Shown: positions 38,966 to 49,279, counted from the stretch's first letter. The stretch: DNA of 64,000 nucleotides from Candidatus Limenecus avicola (GCA_018713865.1 DVOD01000046.1:249-64248); one strand, 5' to 3'. Made by a program: numbers and translations. Notes: generated from the letters alone by a model not told the origin.

Positions 38966-39975
38966 TGCAAAAAAACATTGCAAAACAAAAAATCAGCCTT
39001 ATGATTGTGCCCACGGGCACAGGTGCCTCAATTGGAGGCTATGCCGGTGATGCAAGCGCATATGCTCAAAAAATAGCCAGGCACATACCTTTGATTGTCA
39101 ATCCTAATATTGTCAACGCTGCGGTTTTTTCGGGCATTACAGCCAATATGTATTATGTAGAAGGTTATTTTATTGAACAGTTTGTAAAAGGGGAAATTGG
39201 CCTTTTGCCCTCAAAAGACAACAAGATTGGCGTAATTTTTGACAGAGCAATAAGCAAAAATGTTTTGAACATACACATCAACACAATCAATGCAATGAAA
39301 ACCGTTTATGGTATAGATATTACAGTTTATGAAATAACGGATGAAACAGCAGGTGTGGAGTTTTTTACAACCGATAGCGGAATTTCTTCCGGATGTGTAA
39401 AAAATCCTACAACCCTAAAAAAAGCAGGCCAAAAGCTTATCAAAAAAGGAGCACAAACAATAGCAGTTGTCTGCAAGTTTGCTGAGCCGCCGCAAGATGA
39501 GTACGAAAAAGGGAACGGAGTGGATATTGTAGGTGGAGTAGAGGCAATTATTTCTCACTATCTATCAAAAGAGCTGATGTGCCCTTGTGTACACGCTCCT
39601 GCATTTGAGGATGTGACAATAGACGGCAATATTGTTGACGAAAAAGTCAGTGCTGAGTATATTACACCAACATTTTTGCCCTGTTTGTTAACAGGATTAA
39701 GAAATGCCCCTTTGATAGTAAAAAAAGAAAATATTACACCTGAATGCATTACATACAAAAATTTGCATTCTGTTTGTGTGCCTTATAATGCACTTGGTTC
39801 TTCTGTAGTGCTTGATTGCATAGAAAAAGACATTCCTGTTTATGCAATTCTTGAGAACAAGACAGTACTCAATATTGACAAAACCTCAATTAATAAAACG
39901 ATTGCCATCAAAGAAATAGCGACTTATGATGATTATATAAATATTATTAAGGAGATAGAATATGAAAAATCTTAA
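38965..39975 (+). CDS. Conserved hypothetical, DUF3326-like
   Basis: N-terminal VPTGTGASIGGYAGDA block, as I recall it for the DUF3326 family of cyanobacteria and plants. Its start overlaps the preceding stop by 1 nt. Confidence 0.45.
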   Translation: MQKNIAKQKISLMIVPTGTGASIGGYAGDASAYAQKIARHIPLIVNPNIVNAAVFSGITANMYYVEGYFIEQFVKGEIGLLPSKDNKIGVIFDRAISKNVLNIHINTINAMKTVYGIDITVYEITDETAGVEFFTTDSGISSGCVKNPTTLKKAGQKLIKKGAQTIAVVCKFAEPPQDEYEKGNGVDIVGGVEAIISHYLSKELMCPCVHAPAFEDVTIDGNIVDEKVSAEYITPTFLPCLLTGLRNAPLIVKKENITPECITYKNLHSVCVPYNALGSSVVLDCIEKDIPVYAILENKTVLNIDKTSINKTIAIKEIATYDDYINIIKEIEYEKS

Positions 39976-40918
39976 AGCGTTTTCGATACCTGAGCTTTTG
40001 ATTGTTATCGGTATTACAGGTGTAATTTGCGCTATGATGCTTACTGTTGTAAAGCCAACAGACAAATACCTTCCTTATGCATATTACAATGCATATTACA
40101 CACTTGCTACAGCAGCTTATAATATTAAAGAAGATGCCAGAGACCTGCAAAATACAGAAGGTGCAGAAGATGTGGACAAGGCGTTCCCAGGAGATATGGA
40201 AAACGTAGACAGCACAACTGCGGCAAAAGAATTATGCAGAAAACTGGCAACGAACCCTAATCCCGCAAATGAAGAAGAAAATAAATTGGGCTATCTCAAC
40301 ACAACAGTCTACAATTGCGGTGCCAATTTTAAAACAGTGCCTATAAAAGGTTCTGACTCGGACTTTAAAAAAGAAAACATGGCGTTTCGTTCTTCAAACT
40401 CTATGAGATATTTTATCTCGCCAATGCAAAAAGTAACGGTAAAAGATCCTTTAAACGGCAACACAGATGTGGAATTAAAATACTTTCTTGTATGGGTAGA
40501 TTTGAATGCAGAAAGAGGACCAAATACTGCAACTTGGAATTCCAACAAGAAAAAAGCCATTGATATTGTTCCGTTTATTATATTAATGGATGGTACTGTA
40601 TTGCCTACAGGATTTCCGACTACAGACAGCAGATATTTGACTGCTCACGTACAGTATTCTGCATCTAATACAGAACAGTTTTCACAATCACCAAGACCAT
40701 ACTATGACTCTGTCATAGCTGCTTTTAACAAAAATGAATATCCTGTTCACGATGTTTATTCATTATTCTCATCATTCCAAAAAGCATTAAAAGGTACTGC
40801 AGCAGAAATCAAAAGCTACACACCGTCTGTCACCGGATTTGATGAAAAATGTACTTTAGAAAGCGTCAACGATGCTCCTATTTGTACAATCGTAATAGAC
40901 GAAAAGAAAAAATTCTAA
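39962..40918 (+). CDS. Prepilin-type N-terminal domain protein (pseudopilin/minor-pilin-like)
   Basis: MKNLKA|FSIPELLIVIGITGVICAMMLTVV, with Glu at +5 after the putative cleavage site. Its start overlaps the upstream gene by 14 nt. Confidence 0.7.
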   Translation: MKNLKAFSIPELLIVIGITGVICAMMLTVVKPTDKYLPYAYYNAYYTLATAAYNIKEDARDLQNTEGAEDVDKAFPGDMENVDSTTAAKELCRKLATNPNPANEEENKLGYLNTTVYNCGANFKTVPIKGSDSDFKKENMAFRSSNSMRYFISPMQKVTVKDPLNGNTDVELKYFLVWVDLNAERGPNTATWNSNKKKAIDIVPFIILMDGTVLPTGFPTTDSRYLTAHVQYSASNTEQFSQSPRPYYDSVIAAFNKNEYPVHDVYSLFSSFQKALKGTAAEIKSYTPSVTGFDEKCTLESVNDAPICTIVIDEKKKF

Positions 40919-42546
40919 GATAAAAGTTTTATATTATTATTAGCTTCTTTATGAGAAGGTTCGAGTTCAAGAACCTTCTCATATTCATTTTTAGCTTCAT
41001 CTTTTTTGCCTGCAACTTCGTATGCAAGTGCAAGATTATATCTGATATCAACATTGTCCGGATCAATCGATACAGCTGTTTCCAATGATTTTATTGCATT
41101 TTCGTGTTCTTTATCTTTGGATTGCAAAATGCCCAGAAATGCGTGTGCTCTTGAGTTTTTAGGGTCAATAAACACTGCTTCTTTATATAGTTTTTTTGCT
41201 TCAATAAAGTTTTGTATTTCGTAATAAATATCTGCCAGAGTTTCGTAATAAAGACTTATTTCAGGAGCAAGCTCAATTGCTCTTTTGCATTGTCTTATAG
41301 CTTCAGAATAGTTTTTGATACTGCGGTTTGCAGTTGCGAGTTTAAAAAATATTTCAGGGTTTTCATTGTTGTATTGCATTGCCTCTGAAAACTTGTCAAA
41401 AGCCTGTTTTGTTTTGCCCTGATTTAAAAGATAAACAGCCTCTTCTGCAAGAATAGTGGACAAATTGTTGTGGATGACTTTAATATCAGACGGAACAGCC
41501 ACCTCTAACGCATCGTCACAAACTTTTTTTGCCATTTCAAAGTCTTTGTTCATACAATGCGCCATTGCAAGGGTCTGGCTCAAAAGCAAATTGGTAGGGT
41601 CTTGCACAATTGTTTCGTTAATAAGCTGAATACTCTCTTTGATTTTACCTGTATAAATATAAATCTTTGCTATCTGATTTTTTACGGCAAAAACATCTGC
41701 TGTTGGCAATTCCAGAGCTTTTTGCGCATAGTCCAAAGCGTCTTGATATGCATGTACATGAAATAAAAGATTAATGATTTCCTCATAGTATGCATAATTA
41801 TCGGGCTCAATATTGATTAACTTTCTTGAAAGATAAATAACATTTTCAGTATCTTTTTGTTTTAGATATATTTTTCTTAACTCTTTTATAACATCCGCAT
41901 TGGAGGGCTGGGCTTCAAGCACTTTTTTATAAAGGTTGGCTGCTTTAACATATTCTCCATATGTTGTATAAATATTACCCATTATTTCGTAATAATCCAT
42001 TTTTTCCTGCTCATCATCTATATAAGTAACAAGCTGTTTATATAGTTTTAGTGCAGATTCTTTTTGTTTGTTGTTGTAGTACAACTCCGCAAGATTTCTC
42101 ATTGAGTTGAGGTCATACTTATCTTTGCTCAACACATAACTGTAAAAATGGATTGCTTTTTTATTTTGATGAGTATTTTTATACAGTGTTGCAAGCTGAA
42201 GATACAAGCTCAAATCATCAGGATAAAACTGAACAAGAACCAGAAGATTTGATATTGCTTCATATTCTTTTTGCGTTTCTATATAAGACTTTACGAGAAG
42301 TTTTCTTAAATCGTGATGATACGGGTTCTGCGCCAGATATTTTTTTGCAAGCTTTTGCGCGGTAGCAAAATCCGCATTTATAATGAGCGCTTCTACCTGT
42401 TTATAGATATCTTCGGGAGAAATTTGTAAATCCTCGCCGCCTTTTTTCTTAGTTTTGCCTGTTTCCTCTTTTAGCCTCAAATATACATATATCAGGCCTG
42501 AGACAAAACAAACAAATAATACTATCAAAATTAAATTATTAAGCAT
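40915..42546 (-). CDS. Membrane-anchored tetratricopeptide (TPR) repeat protein
   Basis: N-terminal TM followed by more than 10 TPR-like 34-aa repeats (recurring A..Y/A..P pattern). Confidence 0.8.
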   Translation of the reverse strand: MLNNLILIVLFVCFVSGLIYVYLRLKEETGKTKKKGGEDLQISPEDIYKQVEALIINADFATAQKLAKKYLAQNPYHHDLRKLLVKSYIETQKEYEAISNLLVLVQFYPDDLSLYLQLATLYKNTHQNKKAIHFYSYVLSKDKYDLNSMRNLAELYYNNKQKESALKLYKQLVTYIDDEQEKMDYYEIMGNIYTTYGEYVKAANLYKKVLEAQPSNADVIKELRKIYLKQKDTENVIYLSRKLINIEPDNYAYYEEIINLLFHVHAYQDALDYAQKALELPTADVFAVKNQIAKIYIYTGKIKESIQLINETIVQDPTNLLLSQTLAMAHCMNKDFEMAKKVCDDALEVAVPSDIKVIHNNLSTILAEEAVYLLNQGKTKQAFDKFSEAMQYNNENPEIFFKLATANRSIKNYSEAIRQCKRAIELAPEISLYYETLADIYYEIQNFIEAKKLYKEAVFIDPKNSRAHAFLGILQSKDKEHENAIKSLETAVSIDPDNVDIRYNLALAYEVAGKKDEAKNEYEKVLELEPSHKEANNNIKLLS

Positions 42547-42562
42547 TTAATATTCCTATTTA

Positions 42563-42895
42563 CTAACCGGGAGGCCACAATAAAGGTCTGCCTGCAAGAA
42601 TATGAATATGTATATGAAAAACAGTCTGACCGGCAGTTTCTCCGGTATTTATTACTGTTCTGTATTCTTTTATGCCTAATTTTTTTGTGACTTCTTTTAC
42701 AGCATTTAACAAGGCAGACATGTATTTTTCATCATCAAGCTCATTTAAAGATGCAAAATGTTTTTTGGGTATAACAAGAATATGGTTTGGTGCCTGTGGA
42801 TTCAGGTCATTGAATGCAACGGTGAATTCATCTTCGTATAAAAGTTTTGAAGGAATTTCTTTGTTAGCTATTTTACAAAAAATACAATTTTCCAT
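42563..42895 (-). CDS. HIT-family (histidine triad) nucleotide hydrolase
   Basis: CIFCKI N-terminus and the histidine triad HIHIHIL. Confidence 0.92.
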   Translation of the reverse strand: MENCIFCKIANKEIPSKLLYEDEFTVAFNDLNPQAPNHILVIPKKHFASLNELDDEKYMSALLNAVKEVTKKLGIKEYRTVINTGETAGQTVFHIHIHILAGRPLLWPPG

Positions 42896-42971
42896 ATACC
42901 GTCTATCCTTTTTTAAATTATATTATAATGCATTATGCTATAATTTAAAAGTATACCAACGTTGTATATAT

Positions 42972-43045
42972 GTGTCAGTAGCTCAGCAGGATAGAGCAGC
43001 AGTCTCCGAAGCTGCAGGCCGGGGGTTCGAATCCCCCCTGGCACG
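42972..43045 (+). tRNA. tRNA-Arg (anticodon CCG)
   Basis: Hand-folded cloverleaf of 74 nt. Acceptor GTGTCAG/CTGGCAC, D stem GCTC/GAGC, anticodon loop CT-CCG-AA, T arm GGGGG-TTCGAAT-CCCCC, discriminator G. Confidence 0.9.
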
Positions 43046-43055
43046 ATTATTTTAA

Positions 43056-44057
43056 TTAATTAAAATAATTTTTTAAACCTTTGCTGAGATTGTTGTTTTT
43101 GCACAATTTTTTGAGTTTACTTATTGCACGGTTTTCAATCTGTCTAATACGCTCTCTTGATACACCGTAACGCGAGCCGATTTCCTCAAGAGTTTTGCGG
43201 TTACCGTCATCGTTTAAACCAAAACGCATAATAAGTACGTCCCGCTCTTTTGGGCTCAGCTGGTTGAGCATTTTTTGTATATCTTCAAAAAGATTTTCCT
43301 GAGAAACTCTCGTATCAGGAGATATTGTGGATTCATCAACAATAAAATCACCTAATTTAGATGATTCATCCTTTGCAGTAGCAGGAGTTTCTATACTTAT
43401 AGTTGATTGCGCAGCTTTGATAAGGCTTGTGAGCTTGTTTACAGGAATTCCCACACGATAAGCAATTTCTTCTTTTGAAGGAACCTTGCCTGTTTCTGTT
43501 GTCAAATCCATTGTAACTTTTTTGATTTTGCTCAATGTTTCTATCATATGAACAGGAAGACGTATTATTCTGGACTTGTCAGCGATTGCACGGGTGATAG
43601 ATTGCTGTATCCACCATGTTGCATATGTAGAAAATTTATAGCCTTTTGCATAATCAAATTTTTCAGCAGCTTTCATAAGGCCCATATTGCCTTCTTGAAT
43701 AAGATCAAGAAACGAAAGACCACGGCCTATATATTTTTTTGCAATACTGACAACCAGACGTAAGTTTGCATTAACAAGAATCTCTTTTGAGTGTTCGTCA
43801 TTGTGCTCTTTTATTTTTTTTGCAACCTCAAGTTCCTGTTCAGCTGTCAAAAGAGGTATTTTCCCTATTTGCTGCAGGTAAATTTTGACCGAATCATCAG
43901 CATTGATACTGGAGACGTTTTCTGCGGTTTTCGGCTCTTCCACCGACATAATCAAGTCTTCGTCTTCAGGTTCTTCTGTTATTTTATCTATAGAAACTTC
44001 ACCGTTTTCTGCCATATCAACATCTTCATTGGTAAATTTCTCTGTTTTGTTAGCCAT
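43056..44057 (-). CDS. RNA polymerase sigma-70 family factor (RpoD/SigA-like, group 1 or 2)
   Basis: Region 2 [14 protein letters not shown]. Region 4.2 [28 protein letters not shown]. Confidence 0.92.
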   Translation of the reverse strand: MANKTEKFTNEDVDMAENGEVSIDKITEEPEDEDLIMSVEEPKTAENVSSINADDSVKIYLQQIGKIPLLTAEQELEVAKKIKEHNDEHSKEILVNANLRLVVSIAKKYIGRGLSFLDLIQEGNMGLMKAAEKFDYAKGYKFSTYATWWIQQSITRAIADKSRIIRLPVHMIETLSKIKKVTMDLTTETGKVPSKEEIAYRVGIPVNKLTSLIKAAQSTISIETPATAKDESSKLGDFIVDESTISPDTRVSQENLFEDIQKMLNQLSPKERDVLIMRFGLNDDGNRKTLEEIGSRYGVSRERIRQIENRAISKLKKLCKNNNLSKGLKNYFN

Positions 44058-44091
44058 TTATGCTCCTGTAATTAGTAATAAATATTATACA

Positions 44092-44862
44092 CTATGTTTT
44101 ATTTTTTGATACAGACTGTCTGACCGATTCGTAAATAATTGCACAGGCAGCATTAGAAACATTAAGCGAGTTAAAATTTCTTAACATTGGAATTTTAACA
44201 ACAAAATCTGATTTTTTCATATTGTTTTTAGACACTCCTGTCTCTTCTCCTCCCATAATGAGTGCAAAATTCATGTCTGTATAATCAATGTCAAAGTAAT
44301 TATCTTTTCCATGTGCGTCAGCTGCAATTATCCAATAGTCGTTATCTTTTAGCTTATCAATAACACTCGAAAGACTATTAGCCTGAATCACAGGTATGTG
44401 GTTAATAGCTCCGGCCGATGTTTTTTCCACAGTAGCATTGACCTGTGCATTGCGGCGGGAAGGTATAATAACTGCATCATAACCCGCACAAGCTGCTGTA
44501 CGTATGATTGCGCCAACGTTATGCGGATCTTCCACTCCATCTAATATAACTATTTTTGAATATCCATCTTTTTTAGTTTCCAAAAAATCATAAAAATCAG
44601 TATATTCCACCGGCGAAACGAATGCGACAACACCCTGGTGCGCAATGTTGGCAAAGTTTGCAAACCTTTCTTTGGGCACAAACTGAAATACAACACCATT
44701 TGCTTTTGCAAGATTTATTATCTCATTTATCTTTACATCATTTGCTGTATTTTTGGATATTAAAATTTTGTTTATACGATTAGCGCAAGTACTCAAAGCC
44801 TCTGTTAGAGCATTTCTTCCGTATATGTAATCTGACGGGTTTTTTGTGTTTTTATTTTCCAT
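44092..44862 (-). CDS. rlmB: 23S rRNA (guanosine-2'-O-)-methyltransferase RlmB (SpoU/TrmH family)
   Basis: N-terminal SpoU substrate-binding domain (IYGRNALTEAL). SpoU motifs DGVEDPHNVGAIIRTA, ALIMGGEETG and SLNVSNAAC. Confidence 0.85.
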   Translation of the reverse strand: MENKNTKNPSDYIYGRNALTEALSTCANRINKILISKNTANDVKINEIINLAKANGVVFQFVPKERFANFANIAHQGVVAFVSPVEYTDFYDFLETKKDGYSKIVILDGVEDPHNVGAIIRTAACAGYDAVIIPSRRNAQVNATVEKTSAGAINHIPVIQANSLSSVIDKLKDNDYWIIAADAHGKDNYFDIDYTDMNFALIMGGEETGVSKNNMKKSDFVVKIPMLRNFNSLNVSNAACAIIYESVRQSVSKNKT

Positions 44863-44979
44863 TTAATCTCACCTTTTTGGGGTATGTAAATATTCTTGCC
44901 ATAATAATTATACTATAATATAATTGTATAGGTTTTAAATTACAGTGTTATAAACTTGGAATTATATTGGAATTAGTTG

Positions 44980-46662
44980 ATGGAAAATTTTTTAGCAAAA
45001 TTAAAGCCAGACACAAAGGTTAATATAGGGGTTTCGGTCTCTCCTAACGTCGGCGTAGAAATGATTATGGTAGACCCTGCAACGCATAAAATTATGAAAT
45101 ATGCACGCAGAGATTTGAGTTACAACTCTTCAACAAGAGAAATTGAAGATTACGGCGAATTTAAACAGGCATTGAGTGACCTGTTTAACGAAATTAAGAT
45201 TGCACCGCAAAATGCAAATGTGGTTGTTAATATGCCAAGCGTATGTTTTGGCCACTCATTTTTGCCTACAGTTCTTGACGATGAAGGCGTTACTACAGCG
45301 CTGACTTCTGAAATTGAACAGAACTATTTGTTTAAGAAAAATGTACCTGTTGTAAGCTGGGTTGAAGTAAAAGAAAACAACTCAACAGAAAAAAGATACA
45401 TTCTTTACTCTGCAATGCAAGAAGGTGTTGTAGATGTAATAAAACAAATCTTTACTGATTTGGGCGCAACTCTTATTGCAATTGAAAACACATATTCTTC
45501 ATTAATGAAGACTCTTGAGTATACTGAAATTACAAAAGATTTTGCAGCTTCTTCCGGCTCTTGGAACATACTTTTGGTTTCACAAAACAGCTACGCAGTA
45601 TTCTCATTGCTGGGATACAGCGTAATTGAATATTTTGAAGAGCCATTGGCGATACGTTCATTTAACAATGATGAAGTTTACGTAGCTATTTCTCAGGCAG
45701 CTTCTGCTGTACTTGAAAAATATCCTACAGACAAGCTGCTTATTATCAGTGAATCTAATGATGTAAGCGCAGAAATCCTTGCAATGCAGCTGAAACAGCC
45801 AGGAGATGTCATTTTTCTAGAGTGCAACCAGTATGCAAAATCTCAAATTATGGACGTTGATTTAAACGTTCTGCCTCACTACATTAAGGCTATTACACCG
45901 GAAGCAATCGGTGCTGCTATATATAGATTTAAAGATTACAGATTAAAACTCAACTTCCTTGTGACAGCTGATTACCAAGCTCCTGACACAATCAGGGTAA
46001 TGGGTTTTGATCTTACAAAAGAACAGCTGACAATATACAGTCTTATAATAGGCGGTTTATTTATTTTAGTAGGCTTCTTATGTTCTACAATTGTCGGCAA
46101 TTATGCGTCACAGCTTGAAGAAAAAAGCTCTTCTTTATCAAATGAGACAACCACTTTGCAAAAAGAGCTGACTGACCTTCAAAGCAAAGGCAACAAAATC
46201 GATATTTATTCTGCAGCCAAAGAAATTGACCAGAGTATGGTTGATAAAATTCTTTATTACAACTCAATTGGTGCAGATATTCCCGCAAAAGTTTGGTTAA
46301 CGGTATTTTACGGCGACTCAAACGGAGCTTATGGTATAAAAGGTGAAACAACATCTGTTGATGAGGTATATTTATTCTTTAGAAACCTCAAAGCACAGGT
46401 TCCAAAATCAGACTTATTCCTCTCAAAACTCAGTGTTGATGATCAGGAAGGTTTGATTGATATTGAAAAAAATCCGAATGCTTCTTATACATTTGAGCTG
46501 ACTAATAATAAATTTAGTTCTGTAAAAATCAAAGACCCGAACACAGAGGAAGACTCTTCCGCAAAAGATAAAAAAGGTAAGAAAAAACCTTCCTCAACAT
46601 CTAATCCCGGAAAAGTAGGTTCAGGAGATTTGCCTGATATCCCTGATTTACCGGGAGCATAA
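44980..46662 (+). CDS. Type IV pilus assembly protein, PilM-like/PilN-like fusion
   Basis: A cytoplasmic N-terminal domain of about 350 aa, a TM (IYSLIIGGLFILVGFLCSTIV), a coiled coil, then a PilN-type block (VWLTVFYGDSNGAYGIKGETTSVDEVYLFFRNL). Followed by a PilO-like gene. ATG at 44980 is preferred over TTG at 44977. Confidence 0.5.
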   Translation: MENFLAKLKPDTKVNIGVSVSPNVGVEMIMVDPATHKIMKYARRDLSYNSSTREIEDYGEFKQALSDLFNEIKIAPQNANVVVNMPSVCFGHSFLPTVLDDEGVTTALTSEIEQNYLFKKNVPVVSWVEVKENNSTEKRYILYSAMQEGVVDVIKQIFTDLGATLIAIENTYSSLMKTLEYTEITKDFAASSGSWNILLVSQNSYAVFSLLGYSVIEYFEEPLAIRSFNNDEVYVAISQAASAVLEKYPTDKLLIISESNDVSAEILAMQLKQPGDVIFLECNQYAKSQIMDVDLNVLPHYIKAITPEAIGAAIYRFKDYRLKLNFLVTADYQAPDTIRVMGFDLTKEQLTIYSLIIGGLFILVGFLCSTIVGNYASQLEEKSSSLSNETTTLQKELTDLQSKGNKIDIYSAAKEIDQSMVDKILYYNSIGADIPAKVWLTVFYGDSNGAYGIKGETTSVDEVYLFFRNLKAQVPKSDLFLSKLSVDDQEGLIDIEKNPNASYTFELTNNKFSSVKIKDPNTEEDSSAKDKKGKKKPSSTSNPGKVGSGDLPDIPDLPGA

Positions 46663-46701
46663 AATAAAATTTAAACCTATACACGAAAGGGCATTGTAAA
46701 A

Positions 46702-47352
46702 GTGAACGAGAATCAAAAACTTATATATATTGTATTAATAGTTCTTTGTGCAGCAGTCGGAATTTATTTTATTGTTCCCAAAGCTGATGCAGCAATCAAA
46801 GCGTATCAAGAAGTACAAACAAAAACTATTGAGCTTGATAAAATCAAAAAGGATATTGAAGACTTAAAAAATAAAAAAGCTGCTTATGAAAAAGAAGAAA
46901 AAGTTTCAACAAAACCTGTTTATAAAAGCGAAATAGCTACTTTAGATATGATGTCATCTTTCGGTGTTATGTTTGAAGATGTTATCCAATCTGCAAAATA
47001 TAACGGATTAAAATTACGTTCAATCGAATACAATATGAATCCTGCATACGACGTTGTACAAAAGAATATTGGCAGTGAATACAATGTTTGTGCAGTGCAA
47101 ATGCAATTAATCGGAAATTATATGCAATTCCGTTCATATTTTCAGGACATTTACAACTATCCATACTTGATTAACCTTGATAAAATCAGTATTGTCCCTT
47201 ATGCAGACAACAAAAGAATATTAATTGCCGATGTTACAGTGATTTTATATTCTGCTAAGAACGAACAACAAAAAGCCGCAGCCGCAGCTGCATCACAGCT
47301 TGACCAGGGCGATGAAAAAATCGAAGGTACAGGCGTAAACGTTGGCTCATAG
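46702..47352 (+). CDS. Type IV pilus assembly protein PilO-like
   Basis: N-terminal TM, coiled coil, then QMQLIGNYMQFRSYFQDIYNYPYLINLDKISI, which resembles the PilO core. GTG start. Confidence 0.45.
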   Translation: MNENQKLIYIVLIVLCAAVGIYFIVPKADAAIKAYQEVQTKTIELDKIKKDIEDLKNKKAAYEKEEKVSTKPVYKSEIATLDMMSSFGVMFEDVIQSAKYNGLKLRSIEYNMNPAYDVVQKNIGSEYNVCAVQMQLIGNYMQFRSYFQDIYNYPYLINLDKISIVPYADNKRILIADVTVILYSAKNEQQKAAAAAASQLDQGDEKIEGTGVNVGS

Positions 47353-47376
47353 ACAATAAAAATAAGGGATTAATTA

Positions 47377-48225
47377 ATGCCGGCAAGTGAAACTCTGGGA
47401 CCATTTTTGAGCCGTAACTGGATAGGCTCTGTTGACAGTTATGATAATGCGGATATTGTAATGATAGGCCTTCCTTTTGACGGAACCTGCTCTTACAGAC
47501 CGGGCAGCCGTTTTGCACCGGAAAGACTGCGCATTGCAAGCTGGGGGTTAGAGGACTATTCTCCTGTGTATGACAAACATCTTGATGATGTCAATTTCTA
47601 TGATGCGGGTGAACTCGAGTTTCCTTTGGGTAACACAGAAAAAACGCTTGATGTTATTGAAAAAAATGCAAGAATTGTTTTTCAAGATGGTAAAAAATAC
47701 CTTGGCATAGGCGGAGAACATCTTGTTACTTATCCTGCATTAAAAGCTTGTTATCAAAAGTATCCTGATTTAGCGGTTATTCATTTTGATGCACATACAG
47801 ATTTGAGAGAAGATTATCTGGGTGAAAAGCTTTCTCACGCATCTGTTATGAGACGAATCGGTGAGACAATAGGCTTTGAAAATATAAAACAGATTGGTAT
47901 TCGTTCCGGTTTGCAAGAAGAATTTGATTTAATGAAGAAGTACAACACACTTGTTAAAAACTCTGCTGATTTAGAGCAGATAAAACACAAAAAAATCTTT
48001 TTAACAATTGATGTGGATGTGCTGGATCCTGCATTTATGCCGGGCACAGGTACTCCGGAACCTGACGGCTTGATGTACAGAGAGCTTGCTGAGTGGATAA
48101 AATATCTTAAAGATTTTGATATTGTTGGTGCTGATATAGTAGAACTCGCCCCTGATTATGACAAGAGCGAGGTTTCTACTGCGGTTGTTACAAAAATTGT
48201 ACGCGATGTTTTAATGATTTTATAA
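47377..48225 (+). CDS. speB: Agmatinase (arginase/ureohydrolase family)
   Basis: Mn-binding motifs GGEHLVT, HFDAHTDLR and IDVDVLDPAFMPGTGTPEPDG. Confidence 0.88.
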   Translation: MPASETLGPFLSRNWIGSVDSYDNADIVMIGLPFDGTCSYRPGSRFAPERLRIASWGLEDYSPVYDKHLDDVNFYDAGELEFPLGNTEKTLDVIEKNARIVFQDGKKYLGIGGEHLVTYPALKACYQKYPDLAVIHFDAHTDLREDYLGEKLSHASVMRRIGETIGFENIKQIGIRSGLQEEFDLMKKYNTLVKNSADLEQIKHKKIFLTIDVDVLDPAFMPGTGTPEPDGLMYRELAEWIKYLKDFDIVGADIVELAPDYDKSEVSTAVVTKIVRDVLMIL

Positions 48226-48227
48226 TC

Positions 48228-48404
48228 TTAAAACATTTCCAGCCCGCTATAGCGTGTTCTTGCTACATTGGCTGTGTTTTCCATTGCCATGGAAAGAACT
48301 TTTTCTATAACATTACGAACTTTTCTTATATCTTGTTGAAGCTCTTCATGTCTTTCTTCTTCTGCTTTTTTTAATGCATTTTTAAATTTTTCAAAACCTG
48401 CCAT
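48228..48404 (-). CDS. Small helical hypothetical protein (58 aa from MAGFEKF)
   Basis: RBS AAAGGGAG 8 nt before the ATG at 48404. The track's upstream ATG at 48425 lacks an RBS. Charged helical sequence. Confidence 0.4.
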   Translation of the reverse strand: MAGFEKFKNALKKAEEERHEELQQDIRKVRNVIEKVLSMAMENTANVARTRYSGLEMF

Positions 48405-48571
48405 GATTAATACTCCCTTTTTCATTTACGACTTACAGTTTACTTATCGGCAATTTAAAGTCAAAACTTTAGGCACAACAGTCTAAAGTTAACAAATAGT
48501 TACAATTATATTCAGGATAAATCGTTGAAAATAATTTGCCCATACCTAAAAGTAGCATTATAATTAAATTT

Positions 48572-49276
48572 ATGGATAATATAGTTGCTCAAATAAAAAA
48601 CAAAGTAATAGTCTCTGTTCAGGCAATGCCATCTGAACCTTTGTACAAAGAAGATTGTATGACAGCGATGATGCAATCGGTTGTAAAAGGCGGTGCAGCT
48701 GCGCTTCGTGTGGCGGGAACAAGGGACGTAATTAATGCAAAAAAATTGTTTAAAATACCCGTAATAGGTATAACAAAACCGGAAGTCATACCGCCAAATT
48801 GGAGGGAAATAGTTTACATTACCCCGACAATAAAAGATGCCAAAGATTTGATACTGGCAGGTGCTGATATTGTGGCATTTGATGGAACATCCAGACCCAG
48901 AGGCGAAAATAACCTGAAACAGATAATCAAATTTATAAAAATAAACAAAAAAATTGCAATGGCTGATATTGCTACTCTGCAAGAAGGTATAAATGCAAGG
49001 CTGCTGGGAGCTGACATTGTTTCTACTACGTTGTCCGGGTATACGGTAGAATCGCCGGAAACTTCTGAAGAACCTGATTTTGAATTGCTAAAAGGGCTCG
49101 TACAATCGGTTGATTGCCCTGTCATACTTGAAGGCAGAATATGGACTCCTCAACAGGTAGACAAGGCTTTTGAGCTCGGTGCCCACGCTGTAGTTATAGG
49201 TTCCGCAATTACAAGGCCGCAGCTCATAACAAAAAGATTTGTTAACAGAAAAGATAAAATCGCAAAAAACGGATAG
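48572..49276 (+). CDS. nanE: N-acetylmannosamine-6-phosphate 2-epimerase
   Basis: VIVSVQAMPSEPLY N-terminal motif and a TIM-barrel layout typical of NanE (about 230 aa). Start moved from 48536 to the ATG at 48572 on length grounds. Confidence 0.8.
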   Translation: MDNIVAQIKNKVIVSVQAMPSEPLYKEDCMTAMMQSVVKGGAAALRVAGTRDVINAKKLFKIPVIGITKPEVIPPNWREIVYITPTIKDAKDLILAGADIVAFDGTSRPRGENNLKQIIKFIKINKKIAMADIATLQEGINARLLGADIVSTTLSGYTVESPETSEEPDFELLKGLVQSVDCPVILEGRIWTPQQVDKAFELGAHAVVIGSAITRPQLITKRFVNRKDKIAKNG

Positions 49277-49279
49277 TAT

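Noticed and set aside
42672-43055. A 127-aa plus-strand ORF spanning the HIT gene antisense strand and the tRNA-Arg(CCG) gene.
   Set aside because: Its 3' part is simply the tRNA sequence read as protein, and its 5' part is antisense to a well-supported HIT gene.
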